This document shows positions 1 to 12,778 of a DNA stretch of 64,000 nucleotides, in pieces. The stretch covers positions 20,274,001 to 20,338,000 of the forward strand of contig OX597829.1 in the NCBI GenBank assembly GCA_951406725.2. Direction: 5' to 3'. The stretch is from Octopus vulgaris (Eukaryota). The position numbers were made by a program, and so were the translations under genes. Position 1 is the first letter of the stretch; each line of letters begins with the position of its first letter. Below the pieces are notes generated by a model that was not told where the DNA came from, did no database searches, and worked only from the letters and a program-made list of their open reading frames with translations.

Positions 1-29
1 GGCCTCTTCATCTAAATGGTGGGGATGGG

Positions 30-660
30 GTAGTATTGCACATCACATCTAATTCCCCTTATGCCTAACTTTTTCCTTGCACATCACTTCTAATTCCTCT
101 TATGCCTAACTTTTCTCTCAGTATACTGTACACATGCTAGCTTCATTGCTCTTTAGTTTTTGCATGTCCACTACATTCAGAGTGCTTGTCTCACTACCAC
201 ATAGTATTTCTCTGCATACACATGCATCAGACAATCTTCCTTTCACTTGAGGGGAGAGGCCTTTGGTTGCCAACAGAGGTAAAAGTTCTCTGATTTTTCT
301 CCAACTTATTCTTATTCTAGCAATTACATTTTCCTTACATTTTTCCCCAATGCTAATTAGGCCCCCTTGGTTGCAGAAATTAGCCACTATGTCTAGAGAG
401 CCTCTGAGACATTAGAGAAAATTTCTCAAGTGTCTGTAGCTTTTATGACTTCTGAGCATTTTCTGCATACAAACATAACTTTCCACGATAACCTTCCTAT
501 TATTTCACTGCACCTCTTGTATGTCTATAGCTTGCACAGGGTACACCATATGGAATTCTTCTCTACACCTTTCCTTCATATCAAACAGGGCTATTTACTT
601 GATGGGATAGGGTCCTGTGTATTTTCTTGCTTACAAGAACCTTGGTCTTTGCTAAGTTAA
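30..660 (-). mobile_element. Degenerate RTE-clade LINE fragment (post-RT region)
   Basis: Minus-strand translation ARIRISWRKIRELLPLLATKGLSPQVKGRLSDACV...CGSET matches the RTE C-terminal part of RT and is homologous to 2833-3430. Boundaries approximate. Confidence 0.8.
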
Positions 661-1527
661 CCTAAACCTGAGCTGGGGTGAATAGTATTGAGGGAGACAG
701 CTTTATGCCAGGGGAAGAGGAAATGTTAAAGTATGGTTGAAAGACAGGAACAGGTGTCTTGCTGTTGGGGAGATATGCTTATCCCAGCTGAAAGGCAAAG
801 AGGATAGTTGTAAAGGTGTGTCAGGGCGTTACCCTCACCCACCGAGTTACAGGAAGGTGAATAACAGAATTGGCATGGATGGGTATGTAAGTTCATGGAG
901 TGCACGAGGTAAATAAGCTTTTCTCTGACTATAATTAGTTTGGTTTTGTAATATAGCAATCATGCTTGCGCACGTGCACAGACACACACACACAAAATTG
1001 CTGTGTATAGCAGGCACATTTCCATGTGTGAGTATAACAATCTTTTTTTTTTCTTTGCAGCAATCAAAATACAAAGTTATAAACAAGGACCAATGGTGTA
1101 ATATATTGGAATTTAGTCGAACAATCTACCCAGATCTTTCAAACTATGATGAAGATGGGGCTTGTAAGTATTTTAGATAATTTTTTTTTCCATTTTCTTT
1201 TTACTTTTGTTAGAATTTTTTTAACTAAAACCATTTGAATTGAAACAGGAAGAAAATTATTTTAACAACACACATCATGCCATTCACTTAGTTGTGGTTG
1301 ACCATAGAATTTGATGATAACCATCTTCAATTGAAGATTCTTTGTTTATTGTATAGCGTGATTCTTGATGTGCAGCACTTTTTATTGTAGTCTAGACACA
1401 AATGTAATGTTTGTATGCAGAAAATGCTCAGAAGTCATAAAAGCTACAGACACTTGAGAAATTTTCTCTAATGTCTCAGAGGCTCTCTAGACGTAGTGGC
1501 TAATTTCTGTAACCAAGGGGACCTAAT
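356..1527. repeat. 121-bp inverted repeat (356-476 and 1407-1527) flanking the DCUN1D exon
   Basis: 1407-1527 is the reverse complement of 356-476 with 3 transition differences by eye. Confidence 0.92.
1061..1163 (+). CDS. DCUN1D4: DCN1-like protein (DCUN1D4/5 type), penultimate coding exon
   Basis: Polypyrimidine tract plus CAG acceptor ending at 1060, GTAAGT donor at 1164. Translates [34 protein letters not shown] plus one T, the conserved C-terminal PONY-domain segment of DCUN1D4/5. Confidence 0.95.
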
Positions 1528-1884
1528 AAAGTTGCCAGGTATTAATTTACATGCAGGACTTTTCTCTGGCTTCTTCTTCTAATAGTGCTGAGTGCATTTC
1601 TTCTCCATATCTGCAATCCCTCTCCAGCAATGAGATCTATTCTGTCCATTCTTGAAGGGTTGATGTTGCTCTTCTTTATATTAGTCTTCAACTGGTCTTT
1701 CAACTAACACTTTCGTATTCCATCCAGCTGATGCTGAAGGTGTACCTGAATGTAAAGTCTCATATGGAAGAGATGTGAGTCAGACATGCACACTACATTT
1801 CCTAGACATTTTAGTTAATGTTTGTACAGCATGACTTCAGTGCTGCTCATATTGGTCTGAAAGAGGATTTCTGTGTTCAGTATG

Positions 1885-1930
1885 TCTGCCTGCCTGTCTA
1901 TCTAAAATATCTGTCTGTCTATCTATAATA

Positions 1931-1985
<55 letters not shown>

Positions 1986-2170
1986 CAATATCTGTCTGTA
2001 ACATCTGTCTATAATATCTGTCTGTAATATCTGTCTATAATATCTGTCTATAATATCTGTCTATAATACCAATCTATAATATCTGTCTATAATATCTGCC
2101 TATAACATCTGTCTATAATATCTGACTATAATTTCTGTCTATAATATCTGTCTATAATATCTGTTTATAA
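1885..2170. repeat. (TATC)n microsatellite plus a 14-bp ATATCTGTCTATA-type minisatellite; resumes at 3530-3640
   Basis: Directly visible. The same repeat type lies on both sides of the RTE at 2172-3530. Confidence 0.9.
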
Positions 2171-2171
2171 T

Positions 2172-3530
2172 CATCATCATTATCATCATTTAGCATCCGC
2201 TTTCCATGCTAGCATGGGTTGGACGGTTCAACTGGGGTCTGGGAAGCCAGAAGGCTGCACCAGGCCCAGTCTGATCTGGAAAAATTTCTACGGTTGGATG
2301 CCCTTCCTAATGCCAACCACTCCGTGAGTGTAGTGGGAGCTTTTTACGTGCCGCCGGCACAGGTGCCAGACAAGGCTGGCAAATGGCCACGATCGGATGG
2401 TGCTTTTTATGTGCCACTGGCATGGGGGCCAGGCGAGGCTGGCAACGGCCACGATCGGATGGTGCTTTTTACGTGCCACCGGCACGGAGGCCCGTTGAGG
2501 GCGGCACTGGCACTGGTATCACAGCTACAATTTCCATTGATGTTGATCGATTTCGATTTTGATTCTGATTTCTCACTTGCCTCAACAGGTCTTCACAAGT
2601 AGAGTTTTGTGTCCCAAGTAGGAAAGGTATACATAAGTGGACTGGCTACATCCCAGGTAGAGGCCATGGGTTATGGTCTCACTTGCCTGCCGGGTCTTCT
2701 CACGCACAGCATACTTCCAAAGGTCTCGGTCTCTAATGTTCGAAGGTCGTGATTCACCACCTCGTCCAAGGTTTTCCTCTTCCACAGGTTCCCTCAACAG
2801 CTAGGGTGTGGCACTTTTTCACACAACTATCTTCATCCATTCTCGTCACATGACCATACCAGTGCAAAAGTCTCTTGCACACCATAACTGATGCTTCTTA
2901 GGTCCAACTTCTCTCTCAAGGTACTTACACTCTGTCGAGTATGAACACTGACATTACACATCCATTGGAGCATACTGGCTTCATTTCTTGCGAGCTTATG
3001 CATATCCTCAGCAGGCACGGCCCATGTTTCACTACCATGTAGCATGGCTGTTCGTACACATGCATCATACAGTCTGCCTTTTACTCTGAGCGAGAGGCCT
3101 TTTGTCACCAGCAGGGGTAAGAGCTCTCTGAACTTTGCCCAGGCTATTCTTACTCTAGCAGTTACACTTTCAGCACACCCACCCCTGCTACTGACTTGGT
3201 CACCTAGGTAGCGGAAGCTATCAACTATTTCTAGTTTTTCTCCTGGAATGTGGTAGAAGTTGGTCTCTGCGCATTTTCAGTATTTATTGCCCCAGAGCAT
3301 CTGCCACATACAAAAACTAGTTTCCTAGTTAGCCTTCCTTTGACATTGCTGCACCTCTTATGTGTCCATAGCTTACATTTGGTGCATCTTATAGAGTTTC
3401 TACCTACGCCTTTTCTATAGATCGAGCAGGGCCATCTACCTGAAGGCGTTTGTGATTTGTCTACCTTTCTACCTACTTTGGTTTTACCTACTTTGGTTTT
3501 AGCTAGGTTATAAGGACTTTGGTTTTAAAA
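2172..3530 (-). mobile_element. 5'-truncated RTE-clade LINE with 3' UTR and (TGA)n tail
   Basis: Translation TKGLSLRVKGRLYDACVRTAMLHGSETW...DRDLWKYAVREKT; (CAT)n tail on + at 2172-2189; ~60-bp internal UTR repeats at 2340-2500. Confidence 0.88.
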
Positions 3531-3543
3531 TATCTGTCTATAA

Positions 3544-3574
<31 letters not shown>

Positions 3575-3648
3575 AATATCTATCTGTCTATTTCTCTATA
3601 ATATCTATCTGTCTATCTATCTATCTAAAATATCTGTCTATCTGAGAT

Positions 3649-4583
3649 CTAGAAAGCCAGCAGCTGCACCAGGCTCCAATCTGATCTGGTATTGTTTCTA
3701 CAGCTGAATGCACTTCCTAATGCCAACCACTCCGAGAGTGTAGTGGATGCTTTCCTACAGCGGTTTTCGGTTATTCTACCTTAAGCTTTCTCTTAGGTTA
3801 TATTATTTATTTGGGCTTTTCTCTGAGTAAGGGAGAATATAATGATTCAACGTCACTTATACTCAAGTGTTATCATTATACCTAAACACTAACTACAGTT
3901 ATAACGTCATATAGACATATACGCATGAAACGCTATATTAATGACATGTATGTTGAATATTTTAATCGTGTCCTTTAAAACCGCTATAAGAAACATAAAT
4001 TAAAGATTACAGAAATGCATATTTATTTATGCTCAGTTGAAAAACAAATGTGAAGAGAAACATTTTCTTTTAATTAGTTTTTATTATATAAATATAACAT
4101 TTTACATTATTTACAATGAGAAAGATAACTTTGTCGTGAAGAAGAACGACTATAAATTCCTTAGCTAATTTCTTCTTTCTATCTAATACATTAACCAACA
4201 AATCAAAATAGATTTGTGATTAACTTAGACATGGCATAAAAATTACCGATGTCTCCAAAAGAGTGAGTGACGTGGAGTTATGTGACAACCAACGAACACT
4301 GATATATTTTCCAAAATCCAGGGTTTTTATAACTGCTCAACTTGACTAAAAAGAATCGAAATCCATGACAGATATTCTTTACGAAACTTCTAGAATCTTT
4401 ATATGAGCAGTTATATTAACCAATGGAAAAAACGAAATTGATAATTCTTCGGCAATACGACATTACGTCATATTACCAATTCGCGCCACATTTCAAAATG
4501 GCTAAAATGGTTATTGCTACATTTTTTACATACCACCGGCACAGGAGCCAGTCAGGTGGCCCTGGCATTGATCACGTTTGGAT
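3649..4583 (-). mobile_element. RTE 3' UTR fragment (3649-3753 and 4522-4583) split by an unclassified ~770-bp insertion
   Basis: The two pieces are collinear with the RTE UTR at about 2245-2400. The intervening AT-rich DNA is unrelated. Confidence 0.6.
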
Positions 4584-4671
4584 TATCTATCAATATATAT
4601 ATATATATATAGTCTAATCAGTATATAATATCTATTTATCAATATATATACATATATATATATATATATAT

Positions 4672-5792
4672 GACTTTGCTAAGGCTTTCAACTCTGTGCC
4701 ACACAAAAGGCTTATGGTGAAACTCTCTGCAATGGGTGTGAGGGATGACCTTTTTAACTGGTTGAAGTCCTTCATTCTCAACCGAAAGGAGGTAGTCACA
4801 GTTCTAGGACAGCATTCTACACCATATGAGATGTCATCGGGTGTACCACAGGGATCTGTCCTTGGTCCCCTCTTGTTTGTGGCATACATTAATGACATAG
4901 ATGCAAATTTAAAGAATGCCACAGTATTAAAATATGCAGACGACATCAAGCTGTACCTTGAAATCAAGAGGACAGATCCTGTTGTCTACAGCTCTTTCCT
5001 GCAATCAGACCTGGACACAATGCAGCAATGGATCACAGACTGGCAACTGAAACTGGCTGTGGACAAGTGTACCACCATGCATTTTGGGAGAAAAAACCCT
5101 GCGTCCACATACTCCCTCCACAACACTGATATCAAGAAATCCTCTTGCGAGCGTGACCTAGGCATCACTGTCAGCAGTGATTTGCGTTGGACAAAGCATA
5201 TCTCTAAAATTGTCAAGAAGGCCGAGGGTGTCTTGGCATCACTCAGCAAGACTTTTGTTAGCCGCTCTCCAGCCATCTATTTAAAACTGTATACAGCTAT
5301 GGTACGACCACACTTGGAATTCGCATCATCAGTTTGGAACCCCTATCTTGCTCAGAACATTGACCTCCTGGAATCTGTTCAGAGACGTGCAACCAAACGC
5401 ATACCCTCCATCAGACACCTACCATATTCTGAGCGCCTTGTTTCCCTGGGTATGGATTCACTGAAGCTCCGGCGTCTGGCGACGGATTTGGTAAACACCC
5501 ACAAAGTTGTCAACCACCTCACCAATAACAACACTGAACACCTTTTTGATCTCCATGTGTCTAACACACATGGACATGCCTACAAAGTCAGAAAACAACA
5601 CAGCTCCCATGACTTTCGGAAGCATGGAATAAACTGCCTGCGTCAGTTGTTGACTGCCATGACACTGCATCCTTTAAGGCCCTCATGCTTTCCGAAATCC
5701 GTCGAAACTACACCTGATTATATATACACTTTCGATGAGCTGTAGTGCACCTGAGCACTGTACACAATGTTTATTATTATTATTATTATTAT
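4672..5792 (+). mobile_element. 5'-truncated CR1/L2-type LINE (RT C-terminal half) with (ATT)n tail
   Basis: Motifs DFAKAF, SGVPQGSVLGPLLF, YADD, ERDLG, VRPHLEF, QRRATK. It starts directly from a (TA)n run and the tail is at 5771-5792. Confidence 0.93.
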
Positions 5793-5962
5793 ATGGTAAT
5801 AGCAGTTTTTGATACATTTTTTTTGTTGTTGTTGGCTTCTATATTTTAACAAATGCATGCAGAGTTGCATGATGAATGTTACCCCTATCTCCGACAGCCC
5901 CACCAATAACAACTATTATATATTAAAAGCGCACATGCACAACTATATTGTACTTATTTGTT

Positions 5963-5994
<32 letters not shown>

Positions 5995-6424
5995 TCGTAA
6001 GTTTTTTTACCATAACGCACATATATGAGTCTGTCATGGGTTGACCAACATGTTGGAATGTAACTCCTTTCTTGAAGTTCTTCCTTGATGAAATAACCAG
6101 TTAACCAGTTTCAATATGAAAATTTTAGATATTAATTTTATTTTATTTCTCTAATTGAATTAATTGGACATGTAGGGAGAAGAATTTCATATTATATTAT
6201 ATTATATATATCTTTGAATAAAGTGATGTCTATATGTCAATTTTTCCATTTTCTTCTTTTTCTCATTCATGAATATTTTAAATACCAATATACATCAATG
6301 CAAAATTAACATATTTAGTTTTTTACTGAACACTGGTATAGACCAGAGAATTAGGATGCAAATATCTCCTAAAGGATTATAGATCGTTGGCATGATTTTT
6401 ATATATATATATATATATATATAT

Positions 6425-6598
6425 GTGTGGCCATTGCCAGTGCTGCCCTGACTGGCCTCCATGCTGGTGGCACGTAAAGAGCACCATCTGATCGTGGTCG
6501 TTTGCCGGTGGCACATAAAAAGCACCATGCGATCGTGGCCGTTTGCCAGCCTCGTCTGGCAGCTGTGCCGGTGGCATGTAAAAAGCACCCACTACACA
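6425..6598 (+). mobile_element. RTE 3' UTR repeat fragment
   Basis: Reverse-complement homology to 2325-2510. Confidence 0.75.
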
Positions 6599-6602
6599 AG
6601 GT

Positions 6603-7000
6603 GTAGGAGTGGGTGTGTGGTAAGTAGCTTGCTTATGAACCACATGGTTCCAGGTTCAGTCCCACTGTGTGGCACCTTGGGCAAGTGTCTTCTACTATAG
6701 TCTCAGGCCAACCAAAGCCTTGTGAGTGGATTTGGTAGACGGAAACTGAAAGAAGCTCGTCGCATATATACAGATATATATATATATATATATGTGTATG
6801 TGTGTGTATATGTTTGTGTGTTTGTCCCCCAACATCGCTTCCCAACCAATGTTGGTGTGTTTACGTCCCCGTGACTTAGCAGTTTGGCAAAAGAGACCGA
6901 TAGAATAAATACTAGGCTTACAACAAATAAGTTGGGGGGGCGATTTGTTCGACTAAAGGCGGTGCTCCAGCATGGCCGCAATCAAATGACTGAAACAAGT
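6603..7000 (+). mobile_element. tRNA-derived CORE-type SINE with internal microsatellite
   Basis: A-box-like TGTGTGGTAAG, B-box-like GGTTCAGTCCC, CORE-like CACCTTGGGCAAGT, tail GGCGGTGCTCCAGCATGGCCGCA...GACTGAAAC. Many related copies occur in the window. Confidence 0.88.
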
Positions 7001-7025
7001 AAATGTGTATGTGTATATATATATA

Positions 7026-7407
7026 TCTCTCTCTATATAAACGGCAGTTTGTCTGTGCGTTTTCTGTGTGTCTGTTTGCTTGTACCCTCACTCTGACCAC
7101 GGCTTTCAACCGATTCTGATGAAACTTGACACACACATAGCCCAATGTCATAATTCAAAACTAACGCAGCGAAAATTTTGAAAAGTTCCCCCAGTTCTGA
7201 AAAAAATCGATAAATTCGACATGGGGTCGAGAATCAGAAACCCAAACCACAGACCGTCTAGGGGACGCAACTCCACCTTTTTAACTATCAAAAAAATTTA
7301 CCATAATTCTTTTCACATTTTTTTGCTATTTTTTGGCTATAACTCTCTAAAAATGCTTTATAGTTATTTCCCTTACAAACCTGAGCAACGCCGGGCGATA
7401 CTGCTAG
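7026..7407 (+). mobile_element. Non-autonomous Helitron
   Basis: 5' TC(TC)nTATATAAA, 3' subterminal hairpin CCTGAGCAACGCCGGG and terminal CTAG, inserted between A and T in a TA run. Confidence 0.8.
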
Positions 7408-7785
7408 TATATATATAAATAATGCATTCACATTGTACATCTATAACATTGAGAATGCATTTACTTATATTGGGTGCCATTAGAAATGTTATAAAATTCA
7501 TCCTTAATTATAAAACATGGGATCAATGAAATAACTAATACCAAATGAATACTGGGATCAATCTAATCAGCTGTACCCCTGATATGGGAGACTATGTTTG
7601 TATTGTTAGTGAATCGAGTGGAAATCAACAAATTTACTGAAAGGTTAATTTAAATTTCTGATTCTTCAGATTTGTGTGTCTCACATAATTTGTAAATTTA
7701 ATTTTGTTTTAATAGTCTTCTTTTCTCTTTAATTTTAATAATTTATTACTGTTCAACTGCAATTTTTATTTTTTTATATTTCCAG

Positions 7786-7847
7786 GGCCTGTAATGCTGG
7801 ATGAGTTTGTTGAGTGGTTAAAGGAACAAAATTCGTTTCGCAGTTGA
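7786..7847 (+). CDS. DCUN1D4: DCN1-like protein (DCUN1D4/5 type), last coding exon
   Basis: T-rich tract plus CAG ending at 7785. The split codon T|GG completes W, then PVMLDEFVEWLKEQNSFRS-TGA (followed by TAG). This completes the DCN1 motif YDEDGAWPVxLDEFVEW in the correct phase. Confidence 0.95.
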
Positions 7848-8189
7848 TAGAGCTAAGTTTTGAAAATAATCATATGAGCTTTAACCTGAACTTGGACATT
7901 TTGTTTCTTCAAAGGTCTGTACAGTATATAACTAATAAAGTCCACTATGTAAACCAAGCCTAAGAAAATATAGGAATTTCTCCCTTTCTACTGGATCAGA
8001 CAATGTACTGAAGTTCAAAATGAGCTCAAGTGTTACTTTAACGAAAAAAAGAAAAATTATTCTTGTTTTCTTCATGTTTGTATTCTTGAAAACAAAGCAT
8101 TTATAATTAATGCATTCTATGAATGGAAGCAATATAAGCTCATATTTCTTTAATTTTACACACAGACATACAAATATGTGCCTATATAC

Positions 8190-8260
8190 AGACACATACA
8201 TATATACATATATACAGACTTAAAGTATTCATACATGCATTTTTGTATGTAATACATTTA

Positions 8261-8307
<47 letters not shown>

Positions 8308-8643
8308 ACATATATACATATATATATATATGTTATATATAAATATATATATATATGTATATGTTATATATACATATATGTATGTTATATATATGTATGT
8401 ATAAGCTTTATATGTATATGTTATATATGTGTATGTTATATATATATATGTAATATATATATGTGCTATATATATATATGCATATGTTATGTATATATAT
8501 GTATATGTTATGTATATATATATATGTATATGTTATGTATATATATATATGTATATGTTATGTGTATATATATATGTATATATATACGTATAATGTATGT
8601 ATATATATATATATATATTATATTTATATATATATATTTATTG

Positions 8644-8687
<44 letters not shown>

Positions 8688-8868
8688 GTATGTATGTATA
8701 TATATATATAAATATATATATTGTATGTATGTATATATATATAAATATATATATTGTATGTGTATATATATATATGTATATATATCTACACACATATACA
8801 TATATATTTTATCTATATATTGTATCCATATATATACATATATTTTATGTATATATATATCTGTTGTA

Positions 8869-8900
<32 letters not shown>

Positions 8901-8917
8901 GTATGTACGTGTGTGTG

Positions 8918-8957
<40 letters not shown>

Positions 8958-8997
8958 TGTATGTGTGTGTGTATATATATATATGTATGTGTGTGTG

Positions 8998-9056
<59 letters not shown>

Positions 9057-9150
9057 TGTATGTTGTATGTATGTGTGTTTATATATTTATATATATATAT
9101 ATATATAAATTTTTATCTGTTTCATATATGTGTGTGTGTGTGTATATATG
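8190..9150. repeat. Compound (TA)n/(TG)n microsatellite downstream of the DCUN1D stop codon
   Basis: Directly visible. Confidence 0.95.
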
Positions 9151-10739
9151 TGTCTGTTTATGTTTACCAGTGCAAACTGGTATTCGGAATTGAGTTTCTT
9201 TATGTTGAAAGTGATAACTTAGCCTTTTGATAATTAGAAAGTGATAAAGATTAGTAAAAGACTGAAATGCTAGGGTTGTTCATGACTGACTAAAATCCTT
9301 GAAGGCAGTGCCTCAACATAGTCACATTCCAGTGACTTAAACCAGTATAAGAATATAAAAAGGAAAGAGAGTATGTGTGTGCATGTATACTGATGTGTGT
9401 TTGCGTGTGTTTTAAAGTATTCCACACAAGTAAATTTTTCTTAAAAGAACGCAAAGAAAAAAATGCTTGTATTGTCAATGAAAAGAACGTATTGATGTTT
9501 CTATAATCAAAATATGCTAATGGTTTCAATCACTTTTACCGACAAATTAGTCATTCTGAAATAAATTAAATCCAATTAATCTTTGATGATATCAGTTCTA
9601 GAAGTTCTCATATTTTACAAACAGATGTTACATGGTGCTGGTATTTTTCTTTCTGATTACTGCTTAGTTGTAATAGTAGCAGCAACAGCTGTTCAAGTCG
9701 TTACAATTTTCTAGACTATATTTCAGTCCTTTTGTTATAAATTCTTTTTTCAAGCAATAAAGAAGTTCACATGTATAAATTATATGACCAGAATTCAATG
9801 GTCTCAATTCCTAATTCATAAGAACGTTTGAATAAAGATTCACTACAGAGGATTTTTTATTGACTATTTTCAGAAGATGGTACATTTAGCATTATTATTA
9901 TAATACGCTATATGTCTGTATAAATATGCTTTTTTTTTTTGTAAGGATTTGAAGCTGTTGAATTTGTTCTACTGTATAAGATTTACTTTGTAAGTCATTC
10001 AATACAAGCTAGAGTCATACTTTTTATTTTTTGTATACTTGTATGATAATGCTTAATGAAACCTTATGAATGTTAACGATTGTTTGCCAGCATAACATGG
10101 CAGTCCTGGTTTAGGACTAATGCTGCTGTAATTTAGCCCTAGGAGACATCGTCTCTAGCTGGCTATATGACACGATCTATGTCCTTATATTTTCGAACAA
10201 GAGAATCTAGCACCCCCACTCAGCTCAAAACAATATCTGTGTATTGCGATTTGTAGGTTATTTTCCTTCATCAGCACAAAATAATTGTTCGGCTAGAGGT
10301 GGTGCTGCCAAATATATAGTTTTCAAAGTGACAACTAGTCACTGATTTAAAAATTAGAAAATATTTTTTAATTTTTAAATCTCACAATGTGTTATGTTGG
10401 CAAACAATCTTTACTACAAAGTACTGTTGCTGAATATCTCACATTGTGAGATTTAAAAATAGTAATTTTCGAAACCGTTTGATGTTTTCTAAATTATTCA
10501 ACAACATTTATTTCTTGCTGTAACAGTCTCTCTACTTAATTGTTCTGTTTGTCTTTTGTATTAGAAAGTTCATTCTGCAATCTTATCTTACATATAATGA
10601 TTACTGTAAATTGTTTATCAATTTCACACATGCACACCACACACATAAATATGTATGAAATTTAATATGAAAGTCTTGTTTGCAAAATATAACTCATGTG
10701 ATATTTTTTTATCCCATTTGGGTAGAAATATAGAAAAAA

Positions 10740-11008
10740 AAAAGTTGAAAATGCACTGAGATTTGATTAGATTTTTTTATTAAAAAAATTTTAAAGACTT
10801 AACCAGCTTCACAGATTTCCCTGAATTTCAAAAAAATAGAGGTAGAAAGACATGGAGCCATGCTGCGATTGTCTTGCTTCAGTTGTAGCATAGCTCCATG
10901 TCTTTCTATTTCAACTTTTGAAAGTCAGGGAAATCTTTGAAACCAGTTAAATCTTTGAACACTTAAAAATAAGAAATCTAATTGAATCCCAGTACATCTT
11001 CAACTTCT
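10740..11008. repeat. Imperfect fold-back (~130-bp arms), probably an old palindromic MITE
   Basis: For example TAGAAAGACATGGAGC pairs with GCTCCATGTCTTTCTA, and AGATTTCCCTGA with TCAGGGAAATCT. Confidence 0.8.
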
Positions 11009-11374
11009 TTATATATATGTATATATGTTTGGCAATACAAACAGGAAAAATATAACTCAAAGTATGAGTATATATATTTTTTATTGATATTTGGCAGAAG
11101 TAAGAAAATGATTCAAGAGCTGAGAGTTTTGTGCCTTAACGTATACCAAACTGAGTCCAATAAGCACTACTACACGAAATTCTCAACCCTTGGTCACCCT
11201 GTTACTTCTGACAAATATTTATAAATGTATGTATGTATTCTTTCATTTCTTATCTTTGCCTACCCTTTCTGAAACCCTTATTTCTTTTTCCAACTAAAAT
11301 AAATTTAACAGTCTCTCTCTCTCTCTCATATATATTTATATGCACATGTATATATATATATATATATATGAAAT

Positions 11375-11931
11375 TGCATATGCATAGCTGTAAGGTAAGA
11401 AGCTTGCTTCCCAGCCACATGGTTCTGGGTTCTGTCCCACTGCATGTCACTGGGCAAATGATTTCTACTATAGCATCAGTGACCAAATCCTTAATCCTTG
11501 CGAGTGGCTTTGGTAGATGGAAAGTGAAAGAAGCCCATCGCATGTGTGTGTATATATATATTTATGTGATTTTTTCTGTGTTTGTCCACCACTTCTGCTT
11601 GACAGCCAGTGTTGATTCGTTTATGTTCCTGTAACTTTAAGGTTCAGCAAAAAGTTATTACTAGAATAAGTATCAGGCTTCAAAGTAAGTATTGGGGGTC
11701 AATTTGTTTGGCTGAGAACTTGTAGGTGGTGCCCTAGCATAACTGCAGTCTAATGACTGATACAAGTAAAAGATAACATATACATACACACACATGTAAC
11801 AGCCTGGATAATCACTGATGAAATGCTTTCTACTATGGCCGAGGGCCAACCAAAGCCTTGTGACAAGACTTGCTAGATGGAAACTGAAAGAAGCCCACCA
11901 TATGTATGTGGGTAGGTAGGTATGTACATAC

Positions 11932-11970
<39 letters not shown>

Positions 11971-11993
11971 TAGATAGGTATGTACATACTGTG

Positions 11994-12025
<32 letters not shown>

Positions 12026-12370
12026 TAAGCACAGGCATGGTTGTGAAGAAGACTTTTGCTTCCCAACCACATAGTTCCAGGTTCAGTCTGACTGTGGCAC
12101 CTTGGGCTAGTGTCTTCTATAACCTTGGGTAGACCAAGACCTTGTGAGTGGATTTAGTAGATGGAAGCTGAAAGAAGCCTATAGTATATATCACTCGACG
12201 ACTAATGTCGGTGTGTTTACATCCCCATAACTTAGCAGTTCAGCAGGAGAAATCAATAGAATAAGTACTAGACTTACAAAGAATAAGTCTTGGAGGTTGA
12301 TTTCTTCAACTAAAATCAAGGTGGTGCTCCAGGATGGTTGCAGTGAAATGAGTGAAACAAGTAAAAGAAT
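11375..12370 (+). mobile_element. Cluster of degenerate CORE-type SINE copies (about 11375-11770, 11825-11900, 12030-12370)
   Basis: Homology to 6603-7000. Confidence 0.82.
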
Positions 12371-12778
12371 ATGTGTGTGTATACTATAAATGCATATGTG
12401 AATAAATAAGTAATTTTATATTTGGGTATATGTATATATGTGTGTGTTTGTCTCCTTGCCTTGACATCAGGCAGCAGTTGTAAACAAGTATCATTGTTAT
12501 GCAAGAGGTGTTCTTTGTATCCAATCTTCCACATAATCGTGTCTGAACATGGTGAAATATTACCTTGGAAACAGGTGAAGGTTGGTGATAGAAAGGGTAT
12601 CCAACTATTCAAAATCTGTCGGATCCATATGAGCATGGAAAAGTGGATGTTTCACACACACACACACATTACATAGATGATATTTTCAACCGAGATGTTA
12701 CAACTGTATCCGATTGTTCAAGTGCTTCAATTCTGTGTATGTTCATATATTTACACAATTGCTGGCATTTATCAATCA

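Noticed and set aside
6070-6130. Further hammerhead-like strings (also 10112-10156)
   Set aside because: The core boxes are degenerate (TTGATGA; CTAATGC...GAGAC) and stem I could not be supported.
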